A stretch of DNA of 27,712 bases from an archaeon. Its GTDB lineage: Archaea > EX4484-52 > B79-G9. The notes below the pieces were generated by a model that was not told the DNA's origin, did no database searches, and saw only the letters and a program-made list of their open reading frames with translations. The stretch covers positions 1-27,712 of the forward strand of contig JBDRKP010000040.1 of NCBI GenBank assembly GCA_043813875.1. Direction: 5' to 3'. The number at the start of each line of letters is the position of its first letter. Position 1 is the stretch's first letter. The position numbers and the translations under genes are program-made. This document shows positions 26,852-27,712 of this stretch, piece by piece.

Positions 26852-27542
26852 CTAATCGCCTGTTTATTATTATTTTCCATCTTTCTGTTGCTGTTCCTTT
26901 TTTTGGCATGCCGGGGTCGAGCGGGATGTAGTTGTTGTCTATGTGGCTTTTTAAGTTGCCTGTTTTTATGCCGAAGTGTTCTAAGAGGTATCCTAGTCTT
27001 TTTATTAGGGAGTTGTTTTTTGTTTTGAGCGCGTATTCTATGATTTTTTTATGGTCGTATTCTTTTGTTGCTATGGCTTTTATGATCTCGTCGAAGGGGG
27101 TGTTTTTGCCTGACAGGCAGTCTATGATGCTTTTCTCTTTTTCTGCCATGAATATGTCGAAGTCCCTGTATCTGTGTTTCCTGTAGCCCCACATGTGTTT
27201 TGTTTTGAAGAAGCGTATGTCTGTTTTCTGGAATGTGATCGTGTCTTTTGATCTTGGGGTGGCTATCATGATGTCTTTTGGGAGTTGTTCTGTGAGGTTG
27301 TGGTATCTTAGGGCGGTCCAGTAGCTTATGTATGATGGTGTGGCTATGTATGATGAGAATAGTAGGGGGTCGTCGTGTGTCGTGTATTTGCCTTTTTCTA
27401 TTGTGTATATGCGGTTGTCTTTTTTCAGTCTTGATAAGTAGGTGCGGGCGTATTCTGGGTTTGTGCCTGTTATTTTTATGAATTCGTTGAAGGTTATCAG
27501 GGGGTATTTTTCTATTGTCTTTAGGATGTCTATTGTTTTCAT
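26838..27542 (-). CDS. abiEi: AbiEi-family antitoxin / transcriptional regulator
   Basis: N-terminal wHTH (LSRL...IEKGKY), PSYISYWTAL.YHNLTEQ, EKSIID, KRLGYL; probable start ATG 27542. Confidence 0.88.
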   Translation of the reverse strand: MKTIDILKTIEKYPLITFNEFIKITGTNPEYARTYLSRLKKDNRIYTIEKGKYTTHDDPLLFSSYIATPSYISYWTALRYHNLTEQLPKDIMIATPRSKDTITFQKTDIRFFKTKHMWGYRKHRYRDFDIFMAEKEKSIIDCLSGKNTPFDEIIKAIATKEYDHKKIIEYALKTKNNSLIKRLGYLLEHFGIKTGNLKSHIDNNYIPLDPGMPKKGTATERWKIIINRRLDDID

Positions 27543-27660
27543 GGTATGATTATATGGCTTTTTGTGTTTATAAATATTTTGGGTGGTTATGGTTATCATT
27601 TTTGATTGTTATGGGGTGATGGAATATTTTTATGTGGCCGATGTGTTTTGATGTTTTTTG

Positions 27661-27712
27661 TGTTACGGTGTAACGTAACATTTTATGGGTTTTTGTTACG
27701 GTTGAGCGTAAC
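27661..27712. promoter_or_regulatory. Two TGTTACG-N6-CGTAAC(A) operator-like palindromes
   Basis: 27661-27680 and 27694-27712, 33-bp spacing, with different spacers. Confidence 0.6.

Overview
Archaeal chromosomal window, probably DPANN (Aenigmarchaeota/Woesearchaeota-like). The assignment is inferred from an archaeal-type IleRS (HMGT/KMSKS), MC1 chromatin protein, AMP phosphorylase, class III signal peptides and TATA boxes about 25 nt upstream of start codons. The housekeeping backbone carries pit + DUF47, a GH15-like hydrolase, NUDIX, AMP phosphorylase, trkAH, MC1, ileS, a Leptospira/Bacteroidetes-type cimA, mscL, HIT, HD, MFS and an AbiEi/AbiEii pair. There are two accessory zones. (1) 480-3910: Schlafen/AlbA_2 genes between two diverged copies of a surface-protein 5' end, a structured leader, REP-like hairpin clusters and a DUF234 ATPase relic. 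(2) An AT-rich island at about 13750-16910: a tyrosine recombinase remnant, attC-like palindromes, an IS605-type end, a 5'-truncated GNAT with its small partner, and an uncharacterised RHH + His-motif gene pair with two operator-like palindromes. The best novelty candidates are the decayed integron-like array with its possible new toxin-antitoxin/defence pair, an Ile/Thr-rich leader peptide with alternative hairpins upstream of cimA, and two G-U-rich structured 5' leaders. All family calls come from motif recognition by eye; no searches were run.
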